Assembly (NCBI GenBank): GCA_001779955.1
Contig: MFES01000003.1
Span: forward strand, 11,348 to 46,464
Source: Candidatus Doudnabacteria bacterium RIFCSPHIGHO2_02_FULL_46_11
GTDB taxonomy: Bacteria; Patescibacteriota; Doudnabacteria; UBA920; 2-02-FULL-46-11
Direction: 5' to 3'
Length of the DNA: 35,117 nt
The position numbers were made by a program, and so were the translations under genes. Each line of letters begins with the position of its first letter. Positions within the stretch are counted from its first letter, which is position 1. Positions 6,429 to 14,006 of this stretch are shown here, piece by piece. A model generated the notes under the pieces. It was not told where the DNA came from. It did no database searches and was given only the letters and a program-made list of their open reading frames with translations.

Positions 6429-8873
6429 TTAGTAGGCGGGCACGCCTTGATAAAACTCCGTCCCCGCTAGACGATTAAATTGGCGCTGGGCTCGAAGGGC
6501 TTGCGCACGCAAAGCACGATATTGCTCAACTTTTTCCAGATCCTCGTCCGTCCATTGTTTAGTGCGGATGTATTCCAGATGCTCGCCCAGTTTTTGCCTA
6601 AATTCATCGGCCGTTAACTCGACCGTAAGCGCAGCGGGCGACTGTAAATTTTTTGCTATTTCCTTTACGCTTTTTTGTATTGAGCCGAGCGTGCGCTGAA
6701 GCTCTTGTTTTTGGTCTTTATGCGTTCTTAGCTTTTGATTTTTTTCGGCAATTTGGGCTTCAAGCGCCTTTTTGGCCTTTGTCCGCCTTGATTCATTAAA
6801 ATAATTTGCCTGATTTAATTCAAATTGAGCTTTCGCCAACTTGCCGTAAAGTGTGTACTGATATTCATTATCACCTCTATTACCCAGTTCCCGCTCCAGC
6901 GCATTAATTTTCTCCTGCTCCGCGTCAATGTCAATTGAAAGGCTTGAATAAACTTCATACTCCCCTTGCCATCTCCCCAAGCGAATGGTGTGTTTTACGC
7001 CTGGTTTATCCTCTCTTTCCGGTAGCGTTTCCAAAATTTGGCTAAGCGCGCCTATTTGCGCATAAAGAAAAGAATCGGTCAGTTGCCGCGCCTCGTTATT
7101 TATTCGCTCATACTCTTCGACAAAACGCGCGGTATCCATTTCCTGGCCGTCCAGCCTAGCCGGCGCGCGGCCGGCCTGTTCCAAGGTCTGTATAGCCCAC
7201 TCGGCTTCCAAACGTACAACCAGCATTTCTTTGACTTTTTCCTCTTCTTCAGTTAGCGCCTTATCTTTTTCGTTGATAGAATTTTTTAATCTATAAAGGT
7301 CGAATCTGCGTTGGCCGTGTTGATCATAAAAATCCCCAAGCGCCTGCAGGGTTTCCGGCCTTAATCTTAACCGGCCCTCTTGGGCCGCGACTTTGACCTC
7401 TTCGGCCCGAAACACCGATTCCAACATATTACTTCGCTCGTGATAATCGTAATAGACAATTTCACCAGGCTTCTTTGCTTCAATCGCCCGTAAAGCTTTA
7501 GCCTGCCAATCATCCAAAATAACGGACATCTTTCCGGCTATGGTTGCAATAAGACGGTAATTCGGGATTAAATTGACGGCCTGCTGCGCCGTTAGGTCGC
7601 CTCTCTTACTGCCTTCCAAAAAATATTTAGCCCGATCATCGTCCCTCGCAGCCTGAAGCAAGTTCCTTATTTGCAGGCCATCCGCACCCACATATCGCTC
7701 AAGTTCTTGGCCTATGTGGCTCACCTGCTGTGCTTGGAGCATCTCAAAATAGGCCAGTTGCATTTCAATGTAAAGGTTCTCGGTGTTTGCGCGCCGGCCC
7801 CAGGCTCCGGCCATCGTTCTATTATTAAGCTTATCCGCCAAAACCTGTTGCTCTTGGTACGACCAGCCAGTTGCTTCTATGGCGCTCTGGATGGCCTGGA
7901 AAACAGCGCTGTATTTTTGTTCATAAGCATTAACGGCAAGGGCCGCTTCTCTCGCTTCTTCCTTCATAGCATGCTCAATGGCGGCAATATCCGTTTTCAA
8001 GATATCAACATGCTGTTCCTGCCTTTTTTGCTCAAATTGTTGGTGAATAGCCCCGCCATAAACTTCAGCGATCATGCCCTTAACCGCCTGCGCGCCATCT
8101 GGACCCAAACTTTCTGCATCACGCAAATCTTGGTATCCCACCGTAATCTGCGACGAAGAAGAATATCGATCTTTTAGGTTCTTTTCAAAGTTGCCCCGGA
8201 AACGACCCGCGACTACAGCGTGCCTTTGTTTAATACGCTCCCTGAATTCTTGCCTTTGCGCCTCTTGCGCCTTGCCGGCCGTGGTTTGTTCGCGAAGTTC
8301 CTGAATTTGCCGATCGATTGTTTGCATCTCTGCATTCAGCCTGTCACGCACCGTGGAAAGGTCTGCCTCAAAGTCTTTTTTCTTGCCGGAAATTACAAGA
8401 TCCGGGTACCTGGCTCTTACCTGCTTCCTGGCTGTCAAACTTCGTTTCCTTTTCCAAAGCATGTCACGACCCTCATTGTCCTGTGCCTGAACGTCCTCGT
8501 GTTCAGCATTTATATGTTTAAATTCTTTGCGGCTCGGATTGTCTAAAAATTTCTTAACATCAGGATCCTGGTACGCTTCGTCAACTTTGCCTCGGGCCTC
8601 GGCAAAATCTGCACGAGACTGTTGGTCTTTTGCACCGCTAGATTCAAATTCAGTTAGCATTGCCTGAAGTTCTGCAGCCTGGGCTTCCAGGGCATCTATT
8701 TGGACTTGCAATTCCGAGTCACGGTGTGTTTCTTCCTCTCTTCGTCGCGCCAATAACAAAGCCGCCTTAGCGTCCTCTTCAGCTTGCCTTAAAACCTCCA
8801 GTCTTTGAGCTTCATCCAAGCGAGCCGCTTCAGCCGCGGCCGCCTGTCTTAACACATCTTCTTTTAGCCCCAT
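6429..8873 (-). CDS. orphan 814-aa alpha-helical/coiled-coil protein, hypothetical
   Basis: Long uninterrupted ORF with an ATG start, its own promoter and terminator. E/Q/A/R/K-rich heptad-like sequence. No signal peptide, TM segment or catalytic motif recognised. Confidence 0.8.
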   Translation of the reverse strand: MGLKEDVLRQAAAAEAARLDEAQRLEVLRQAEEDAKAALLLARRREEETHRDSELQVQIDALEAQAAELQAMLTEFESSGAKDQQSRADFAEARGKVDEAYQDPDVKKFLDNPSRKEFKHINAEHEDVQAQDNEGRDMLWKRKRSLTARKQVRARYPDLVISGKKKDFEADLSTVRDRLNAEMQTIDRQIQELREQTTAGKAQEAQRQEFRERIKQRHAVVAGRFRGNFEKNLKDRYSSSSQITVGYQDLRDAESLGPDGAQAVKGMIAEVYGGAIHQQFEQKRQEQHVDILKTDIAAIEHAMKEEAREAALAVNAYEQKYSAVFQAIQSAIEATGWSYQEQQVLADKLNNRTMAGAWGRRANTENLYIEMQLAYFEMLQAQQVSHIGQELERYVGADGLQIRNLLQAARDDDRAKYFLEGSKRGDLTAQQAVNLIPNYRLIATIAGKMSVILDDWQAKALRAIEAKKPGEIVYYDYHERSNMLESVFRAEEVKVAAQEGRLRLRPETLQALGDFYDQHGQRRFDLYRLKNSINEKDKALTEEEEKVKEMLVVRLEAEWAIQTLEQAGRAPARLDGQEMDTARFVEEYERINNEARQLTDSFLYAQIGALSQILETLPEREDKPGVKHTIRLGRWQGEYEVYSSLSIDIDAEQEKINALERELGNRGDNEYQYTLYGKLAKAQFELNQANYFNESRRTKAKKALEAQIAEKNQKLRTHKDQKQELQRTLGSIQKSVKEIAKNLQSPAALTVELTADEFRQKLGEHLEYIRTKQWTDEDLEKVEQYRALRAQALRAQRQFNRLAGTEFYQGVPAY

Positions 8874-8911
8874 AAATTTTTGCTTTTGTTTCTGACGATT
8901 ACTGTAATATT

Positions 8912-8940
8912 ATTATAGCACAACCATAAAATAAAATCAA
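8912..8940 (-). promoter_or_regulatory. sigma70-like promoter for the 814-aa gene
   Basis: Minus strand reads TTGATT, a 17-nt spacer, then TGCTATAAT (extended -10), about 35 nt upstream of the ATG. Confidence 0.5.
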
Positions 8941-8968
8941 ACCACGAATCACCGCGGGTGCGCATGAC

Positions 8969-9008
8969 TTATCACACTTTCCTCCGATCGGAGGCAATTG
9001 TGATAATA
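8969..9008. repeat. 38-40 bp nested palindromic element TTATCACACTTTCCTCCGATCGGAGGCAATTGTGATAA
   Basis: Outer arms TTATCACA/TGTGATAA and inner palindrome CCTCCGATCGGAGG. Second copy at 20835-20872, third inside tsaD. Confidence 0.75.
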
Positions 9009-9040
9009 AAAAAAACGTCCCCTACTGGGGAACGATTTTT
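9008..9040 (-). terminator. intrinsic terminator of clpP
   Basis: Minus strand reads AAAAAAATCGTTCCCC-AGTA-GGGGACG-TTTTTTTT immediately after the clpP stop. Confidence 0.65.
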
Positions 9041-9655
9041 TTATTGCGGGCTAGTCACGATTTTGTCCACTACTCCGTACTTCTTGGCTTCTTCGGCCGA
9101 CATAAAGTAGTCGCGGTCTGTGTCTTTTTCTATTTTTTTTGTGGGTTGCCCGGTATGAACCGCCAAAATTTTATTAACTTGGTTTTTAACACGTATCATT
9201 TCTTTGGTCTGAATCTCAACGTCCGTCGCCTGGCCCTGCGCGCCGCCGATTACTTGGTGAATCATCACCCGAGCATTCGGCAAAATCCAGCGCTTGCCTT
9301 TTTTGCCGGAAGCCAGAAGCACGGCCGCAGCCGAGGCCGCTTCGCCTATACAGATAGTATGAATATCAGCTTTAACAAATTGCATGGTGTCATAAATTGC
9401 CAAAGCTGCCGTAACTACCCCGCCCGGAGAATTTATGTAAATTTGAATGTCTTTGTCCGGCGTCTCGGCATCCAAAAACAAAAGCTGGGCAATAACCAAG
9501 TTGGCTACATAATCATCAATGGCATCGCCAATAAAAATTATTCGCTCTTTTAGCAAGCGCGAATAAATATCATAAGCCCGCTCGCCGGAAGGCGATTTAT
9601 CAATCACCATTGGAACGAGTTGAGAAGTTATTCTTTTGTTACCCGCATTTTTCAT
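9041..9655 (-). CDS. clpP: ATP-dependent Clp protease proteolytic subunit
   Basis: [18 protein letters not shown], catalytic context [16 protein letters not shown] preferred the ATG at 9655 to the TTG at 9679 used by the ORF track. Confidence 0.95.
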   Translation of the reverse strand: MKNAGNKRITSQLVPMVIDKSPSGERAYDIYSRLLKERIIFIGDAIDDYVANLVIAQLLFLDAETPDKDIQIYINSPGGVVTAALAIYDTMQFVKADIHTICIGEAASAAAVLLASGKKGKRWILPNARVMIHQVIGGAQGQATDVEIQTKEMIRVKNQVNKILAVHTGQPTKKIEKDTDRDYFMSAEEAKKYGVVDKIVTSPQ

Positions 9656-9670
9656 AAAGACGCATTTATG

Positions 9671-9825
9671 AAACCTCAAACATCAATCTTCAACCCTCAA
9701 ACAATCTTCAAACTTCAATTATCAATTCCGGAAATTGCCAGCCCGCTTGGACTTCGTCCAGGCGAAGTCTGGCGGGGGGTTTGGGGATTGAAGCTTTATT
9801 GGAGTTTGAGTGTTGAAGTTTGAAC
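9671..9825. repeat. CTTCAA/TTGAAG long-hairpin element, copy R1 (basic form)
   Basis: Left arm AAACCTCAAACATCAATCTTCAACCCTCAA, right arm TTGGAGTTTGAGTGTTGAAGTTTGAAC, GC hairpin core GACTTCG-TCCAGG-CGAAGTC. About 90% identical to 25641-25925 once two insertions are removed. Confidence 0.75.
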
Positions 9826-9827
9826 AT

Positions 9828-11171
9828 TTACTCGGTACCCCGAGTTCCCATTCCTGTATCGCTTTCGGTGTCTGCTACATTTTCCGCATCCGGTGTCATG
9901 CCTTCTGAAGCAACCACATCGGCTTCAGCCATCATCGGCTGATCGTCCGAGGCCTCATCTTGCTTGGCCTCTTCCTTGCTCTCAACCGTATCAGCGGCAT
10001 CTTTTTCTATTGTCTCGCCTTCTGTCGTTTCTTCCTCCGGCGGTGAATCGGGCGCCTCTTCTATTTCATCCGGGCTGGCCGTGGCCGCGGTTTCAGTTTC
10101 TTCCAATGCGCCGCCATCGCCCAGTTTCTCCCCGATTATATCTATTTTCCAGCCGGTAAGACGCGCGGCCAAACGCACATTCTGCCCGGCCCGACCGATA
10201 GCCAAACTCAATTGGTCTTCCAAAACTCCCACCCGGGTCTCTTTTTCATCCTCGTTAAGCTGGACGTTTATAATTTTTGCCGGAGACAAAGAATTGCTGA
10301 TAAATTTAACAGGATCGTCGGACCATTCGATAATATCCACCTTTTCTCCGCCGAGTTCGGCCATAATTGTCTGTACGCGCGTGCCGCGCTGGCCCACGCA
10401 GGCGCCGATCGGGTCAACGCCTTCCTGGTTGGAAAATACCGCGACTTTGCTGCGGGATCCGGCTTCGCGGGCAATGGCTTTAATTTCTACGGTACCGGCA
10501 TAAATTTCCGGAACTTCAAGTTCAAAAAGTCGGCGCACGATGTCGGCATGCGAACGGGAAAGTGTAATTTTCGGGCCCTTGGCCGTTGGTTCAACGTGCA
10601 AAACTAAAACCTTCAAGCGTTGGCTAATGCGGTAATTTTCACCCTTAATCTGTTCAGACGGAAACAAAACGCCCGTAGCCTTGCCCATATCCACGAGAAC
10701 GGCATTGCCTTCAAGCCGTTGAACGACGCCGTTAACAATGGTGCGTTCGCGCGACTTAAATTCAGTAAACATGGCATTGCGTTCAGCCTCGCGAAGCCTT
10801 TGCATAATAACCTGCTTGGCGGTTTGGGCGGCAATGCGGCCAAAGTGCGTGCCGTCGGCTGGAGTAATTTCGGTTCGGATCTCGCCATCCATTTCAATAT
10901 CAGGATTTATTTTCTTGCCTTCTTCAAGGGTAATGTATTTAGAAGGCTCTTTTTCCAAAAGTTCAGCATCCTCGGTTATTGTCTTTACGTCAAAAACGCG
11001 GCTGTCTAAAGTCACCGGGTCAAATTCAACTACCGGATTTTGCTCGCGGGTGGCGTAGTCTTTACGAAAAGCAGCGGCTAAAGCCACCTCAATCATTTTA
11101 ATAATTTCTTCCTTGGGTATGCCCTTTTCGTCCGCAATTTGGGTAAGGGCTAAATCAAACTCACTTGGCAT
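9828..11171 (-). CDS. nusA: transcription termination/antitermination factor NusA with an acidic C-terminal tail
   Basis: The N-terminus (ALTQIADEKGIPKEEII..ALAAAFRKDY) plus S1 and two KH regions (GACVGQRGTRVQ, AIGRAGQNVRLAARLTGWKIDI). Confidence 0.95.
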   Translation of the reverse strand: MPSEFDLALTQIADEKGIPKEEIIKMIEVALAAAFRKDYATREQNPVVEFDPVTLDSRVFDVKTITEDAELLEKEPSKYITLEEGKKINPDIEMDGEIRTEITPADGTHFGRIAAQTAKQVIMQRLREAERNAMFTEFKSRERTIVNGVVQRLEGNAVLVDMGKATGVLFPSEQIKGENYRISQRLKVLVLHVEPTAKGPKITLSRSHADIVRRLFELEVPEIYAGTVEIKAIAREAGSRSKVAVFSNQEGVDPIGACVGQRGTRVQTIMAELGGEKVDIIEWSDDPVKFISNSLSPAKIINVQLNEDEKETRVGVLEDQLSLAIGRAGQNVRLAARLTGWKIDIIGEKLGDGGALEETETAATASPDEIEEAPDSPPEEETTEGETIEKDAADTVESKEEAKQDEASDDQPMMAEADVVASEGMTPDAENVADTESDTGMGTRGTE

Positions 11172-11273
11172 GTGATAAGTTCTAATTACTAATTTATGGC
11201 GAGGCTAGAGACTTTCCGAAAAACGTCGCGCCCTACTTCATCCTTCGGATTTCGAAGGGCAAGCAGGCCGCCT

Positions 11274-11300
11274 GTCCGCCGAAGCTTTAGCGTAGGCGGA
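11274..11300. repeat. second exact copy of GTCCGCCGAAGCTTTAGCGTAGGCGGA
   Basis: 27/27 identical to 6369-6395. It sits in the yraN-nusA spacer next to another hairpin, CCTTCGGATTTCGAAGG. Confidence 0.8.
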
Positions 11301-11384
11301 AGTGAGAGGAAAAATTTCAGAAGAAATTTATTCTGTTTTTTCGAAAGGTGCTAGCCGAGTTACCATAGGGTATAAAAAAGCAAT

Positions 11385-11774
11385 TCAGTAATTATCCTGA
11401 ATCGCATCTTCTATAATATTAACACTCTGGAATTTTCCGTCAAGGGGTGATATAACCAGCGCCACATCTATGCGCATCAGGTAGTCTTGATACTTGGCAT
11501 TGTTGGCTATAAAACCTTTTATGGCCTTTAACAGGCGCTGCTGTTTTTTAAAGCCGACAGCCTCCACTGCCGGCATAAATTCTTCATTTTCCCGGGCCTT
11601 GACCTCCACAAAAACCAGCTGCTTGGCTTTGGCGGCGATTAAATCTATTTCGCCCAACTGCTTATAGCCCATGACCAAAACTTTTTGTCCGACAATCTTA
11701 AAACCTTTTTTCTTGTATTCCTCCGCAACCAGCCGTTCTCCCCAATCGCCGAACTCTTTTTTGCTCGTAGGCAT
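11385..11774 (-). CDS. yraN: YraN-family (UPF0102) endonuclease-like protein
   Basis: GEIDLIA....LVFVEVKAR motif and a size of about 129 aa. Confidence 0.85.
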   Translation of the reverse strand: MPTSKKEFGDWGERLVAEEYKKKGFKIVGQKVLVMGYKQLGEIDLIAAKAKQLVFVEVKARENEEFMPAVEAVGFKKQQRLLKAIKGFIANNAKYQDYLMRIDVALVISPLDGKFQSVNIIEDAIQDNY

Positions 11775-11777
11775 TGT

Positions 11778-12161
11778 CTATTTTAAATATTTTTGCTTGG
11801 TTTGCTGATTGTGAAAACCCGCTATTTCCTTTGAATAATCACGCACCCAGTAAATAACTAGCTTGATTAGCCAAATCGTCGCCACCAAAGCCAAAACCAC
11901 GGACCAAAACCGCCATTCCAAATAGGCCGCGCCTTCGTAGCGGAAAACCGTCCACAACAGGCCAATGAGACCATAGGTTAGGCATAGGTTTCTAAACCTA
12001 CGCACGAGCTTCCTGCTTACCGGATTCATGGTCTTCAGGAAAAGCAAGGCGACTAAAATAATTCCCAAAATTACGGCGCCGGCAGCGTCGTAAAAAAAGA
12101 TATTGTCCCAAATCTCTAAACGCAGCGGATACGGGCCAAAAAGAAATGTTTGCATATCCAT
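11778..12161 (-). CDS. small integral membrane protein (3 predicted TM helices), hypothetical
   Basis: 127-aa ORF with hydrophobic stretches. Its stop lies 3 nt upstream of the yraN start. No family recognised. Confidence 0.6.
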   Translation of the reverse strand: MDMQTFLFGPYPLRLEIWDNIFFYDAAGAVILGIILVALLFLKTMNPVSRKLVRRFRNLCLTYGLIGLLWTVFRYEGAAYLEWRFWSVVLALVATIWLIKLVIYWVRDYSKEIAGFHNQQTKQKYLK

Positions 12162-12369
12162 CCCGTATAGTTACCCCAATAAATCTTTAGGCTTTGTGTT
12201 AAAGCCTAGAAAAATATTGCTTTGTAAGTTAATGCTTAAAATAATCATATTATCTATTCTGCGGCCAAGATTTAGAAGAGTGAATTCTAGAATAAAATAC
12301 GTAATTAAATGCTTGCCCATCTTATTACATTCCACAATACCAGCAGAAGATTGGGGAAGTTATACGGGA
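12161..12369. mobile_element. MITE-like element, M-type (209 bp)
   Basis: TIRs TCCCGTATAGTTACCCCAAT / ATTGGGGAAGTTATACGGGA (17/20 complementary), flanked by TCCA/TCCA. About 70-75% identical by eye, in inverted orientation, to 30638-30990 minus its nested insert. Confidence 0.65.
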
Positions 12370-12385
12370 TCCATGGTGAGTTAAT

Positions 12386-12490
12386 TTTACAATTTTCAAT
12401 TTCTAATTTCTAAACAATGAGCCAATTTCAGAATTTCAAAATTGAGACCTTGGAAAATTGTTTGAAAATTGAAAATTAGAAATTAATAAA
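12386..12490. repeat. AT-rich low-complexity inverted repeat (imperfect long hairpin)
   Basis: Left arm TTTTACAATTTTCAATTTCTAATTTCTAAACAA, right arm TTGTTTGAAAATTGAAAATTAGAAATTAATAAA, located downstream of the methyltransferase stop. Confidence 0.5.
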
Positions 12491-13036
12491 TTACTTAATA
12501 TAGGTAACGGCATAATGATAAGAATCGGCTGGTGTTTTTCGGCCTGGCTTGAAGCCGGAGCCTGTTAAAAGATGGGCGACGTCTTCTTCCGAAAGTCTAG
12601 TTTCAGCCGGAGGCCCGAAGGCCGAGCCCTGCGGTTCCCATTCGATGACTAAAACATAACCGCCGGTTTTCAAAGCCTTAAAGGCCGACTCGATAACGGC
12701 TTTTTTGTTTGGCGCCTGGTGTAAGATATTTGCCAAAATAACAGCATCACAAGAAACGGCCGGCACAGGGCAATAATCGGCTTTTTCCAGGTCACAGCGC
12801 AAAGTGGTGATATTCCGGATTTGTTTGAGCCTGGCATCAGACATCAAGTGGCGCAAGGGGTCTTCCTGAATATCAACGGCATAAACCGAGCCCTTGTCGC
12901 CTACTATCTCGGCCGCGGCCACGGCATAAAAGCCGTTACCAGAACCAAAATCGCCAATAATCATGCCCGGCCTAAAACCGGCGCCAACCAGAACTTTATG
13001 AGGATCAATAAATCTATTACCCGGACTATAAAGCAT
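12491..13036 (-). CDS. class I SAM-dependent methyltransferase
   Basis: Motif I IGDFGSGNGFYA, followed by VYAVDI and GGYVLVIEW. Confidence 0.85.
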   Translation of the reverse strand: MLYSPGNRFIDPHKVLVGAGFRPGMIIGDFGSGNGFYAVAAAEIVGDKGSVYAVDIQEDPLRHLMSDARLKQIRNITTLRCDLEKADYCPVPAVSCDAVILANILHQAPNKKAVIESAFKALKTGGYVLVIEWEPQGSAFGPPAETRLSEEDVAHLLTGSGFKPGRKTPADSYHYAVTYIK

Positions 13037-13152
13037 ATAAATTTAAAAATCAAAAATCAAAGTTCAAAATTTAAACTTAAAAATGATAACTTCCAGAAAC
13101 AAATTTTGAATTTTTACTTGTAGTTTTGACTTTTGCATTTTGAATTTTGACA
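13037..13152. repeat. AT-rich AAAATCAAAAATC / GATTTT-type inverted repeat filling the ymdB-methyltransferase spacer
   Basis: AAAAATCAAAAATCAAAGTTCAAAATTTAAAC faces AAATTTTGAATTTTTAC..GTTTTGACTTTTGCATTTTGAATTTTGA. Confidence 0.5.
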
Positions 13153-13968
13153 TTAAAGCTTTATTATTTCATGTTCATGTTGAATACTTAGCGTCTTTTT
13201 TGTTTCAATATCAATGGTTAGCATAACATAATTTAACCAAATTTCTGGCGTTTCTGCAATCTCGTAAGTCAATTTTTCTCCGGTTAAAAATCGATTTATC
13301 GATACTTCCGATTTCATACCAAGCACCGAATCATATGGTCCATTCATGCCAACATCCGTAACATAGCCTGTACCTTTGGGTAATATTGTGGCATCGGCCG
13401 TAGGGATATGAGTATGGGTACCCAGGACTGCGCTTAATTGCCCGTCGAAGTGCCTACCCAAAGCAACCTTCTCCGAAGTAGCTTCGGCGTGAAAATCCAA
13501 AATTATAGCCGATAATTTCTCCCCTTCATATCTTTCCAAAATCTGCGGCAAAACCGTCCACGGAGAAAATTCCGAAAACCGAAAAAATACTTGGCCAACC
13601 AAATTTAAAACCAGCACTTTCCCCTTGAGTGTTTCTATGACAAGCTCGCTCCGGCCTGGCAAATCGCGCGAATAATTCGCAGGTTTTATTAGAGTCGGAT
13701 ATTTTTCAAAAATTGCGGCAACTTCCGCGTCTTCACGAACTTTATCGTGGATATGCTCGCCGGATGTAAAAACATCCACGCCCGCTTTGACCATGTCCGC
13801 GAGAGTGCTGTCGGTTACGCCTTTGCCGTGCGCCGAATTTTCGACATTGGCGATAATCAAATCCGGCCGGAACTCTTCTTTAATTTTGGGGATAATAGAA
13901 GCCACGCCCCGTCTTCCGGGCCGCCCGACAATATCACCAAAAAATACTACTTTTAATTGTTTAGCCAT
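13153..13968 (-). CDS. ymdB: YmdB-family metallophosphoesterase (2',3'-cyclic-nucleotide 2'-phosphodiesterase)
   Basis: FFGDIVGRPGR, NVENSAHGKG, DFHAEATSEKVALG, GTHTHIPTAD, ILPKGTGYVTDVGMNGPYDSVLGM. These closely track B. subtilis YmdB. Confidence 0.88.
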   Translation of the reverse strand: MAKQLKVVFFGDIVGRPGRRGVASIIPKIKEEFRPDLIIANVENSAHGKGVTDSTLADMVKAGVDVFTSGEHIHDKVREDAEVAAIFEKYPTLIKPANYSRDLPGRSELVIETLKGKVLVLNLVGQVFFRFSEFSPWTVLPQILERYEGEKLSAIILDFHAEATSEKVALGRHFDGQLSAVLGTHTHIPTADATILPKGTGYVTDVGMNGPYDSVLGMKSEVSINRFLTGEKLTYEIAETPEIWLNYVMLTIDIETKKTLSIQHEHEIIKL

Positions 13969-14006
13969 AATTCTTGGTCGTCAGTCCTAGCACCCTCAAT
14001 AGGTAA

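Noticed and set aside
9656-9679. N-terminal extensions from TTG/GTG starts in the ORF track (clpP 9679, ftsH 34909, dedA-like 23491, antitoxin 20211, tsaD 1028).
   Set aside because: In each case an in-frame ATG a few codons downstream gives an N-terminus that matches the family. The extensions run into repeat elements or promoter sequence.
9620-9823. A 67-aa plus-strand ORF across the clpP-nusA spacer.
   Set aside because: It lies entirely within the R1 long-hairpin repeat. The equivalent R2 copy is interrupted by insertions, so no ORF is conserved.
9893-11058. Several plus-strand and alternate-frame ORFs lie inside nusA (for example 9964-10503, 10212-10607, 10620-11009).
   Set aside because: They are antisense or off-frame to a clearly recognisable NusA, with Ser/Pro/Ala-rich nonsense translations.
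12350-12369. I considered whether the GGGG tract in the M-type TIR acts as the Shine-Dalgarno for the abutting gene.
   Set aside because: The G-run ends about 12 nt before the ATG (GGGGTAACTATACGGG-ATG), which is longer than typical SD spacing. I report the geometry but do not claim SD function.
12103-12384. A 93-aa plus-strand ORF.
   Set aside because: It runs antisense through the membrane-gene start and through the entire M-type inverted-repeat element, and has no coding-like composition.
12386-13152. I asked whether the AAAATCAAAAATC-type repeats or the 143-bp tandem units at 26765-27046 could be a CRISPR array.
   Set aside because: There is no series of identical 25-40 nt direct repeats separated by unique spacers of similar size. 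The AT-rich tracts are inverted low-complexity repeats. The 143-bp units are only two copies with internal TIRs. No cas genes are present.
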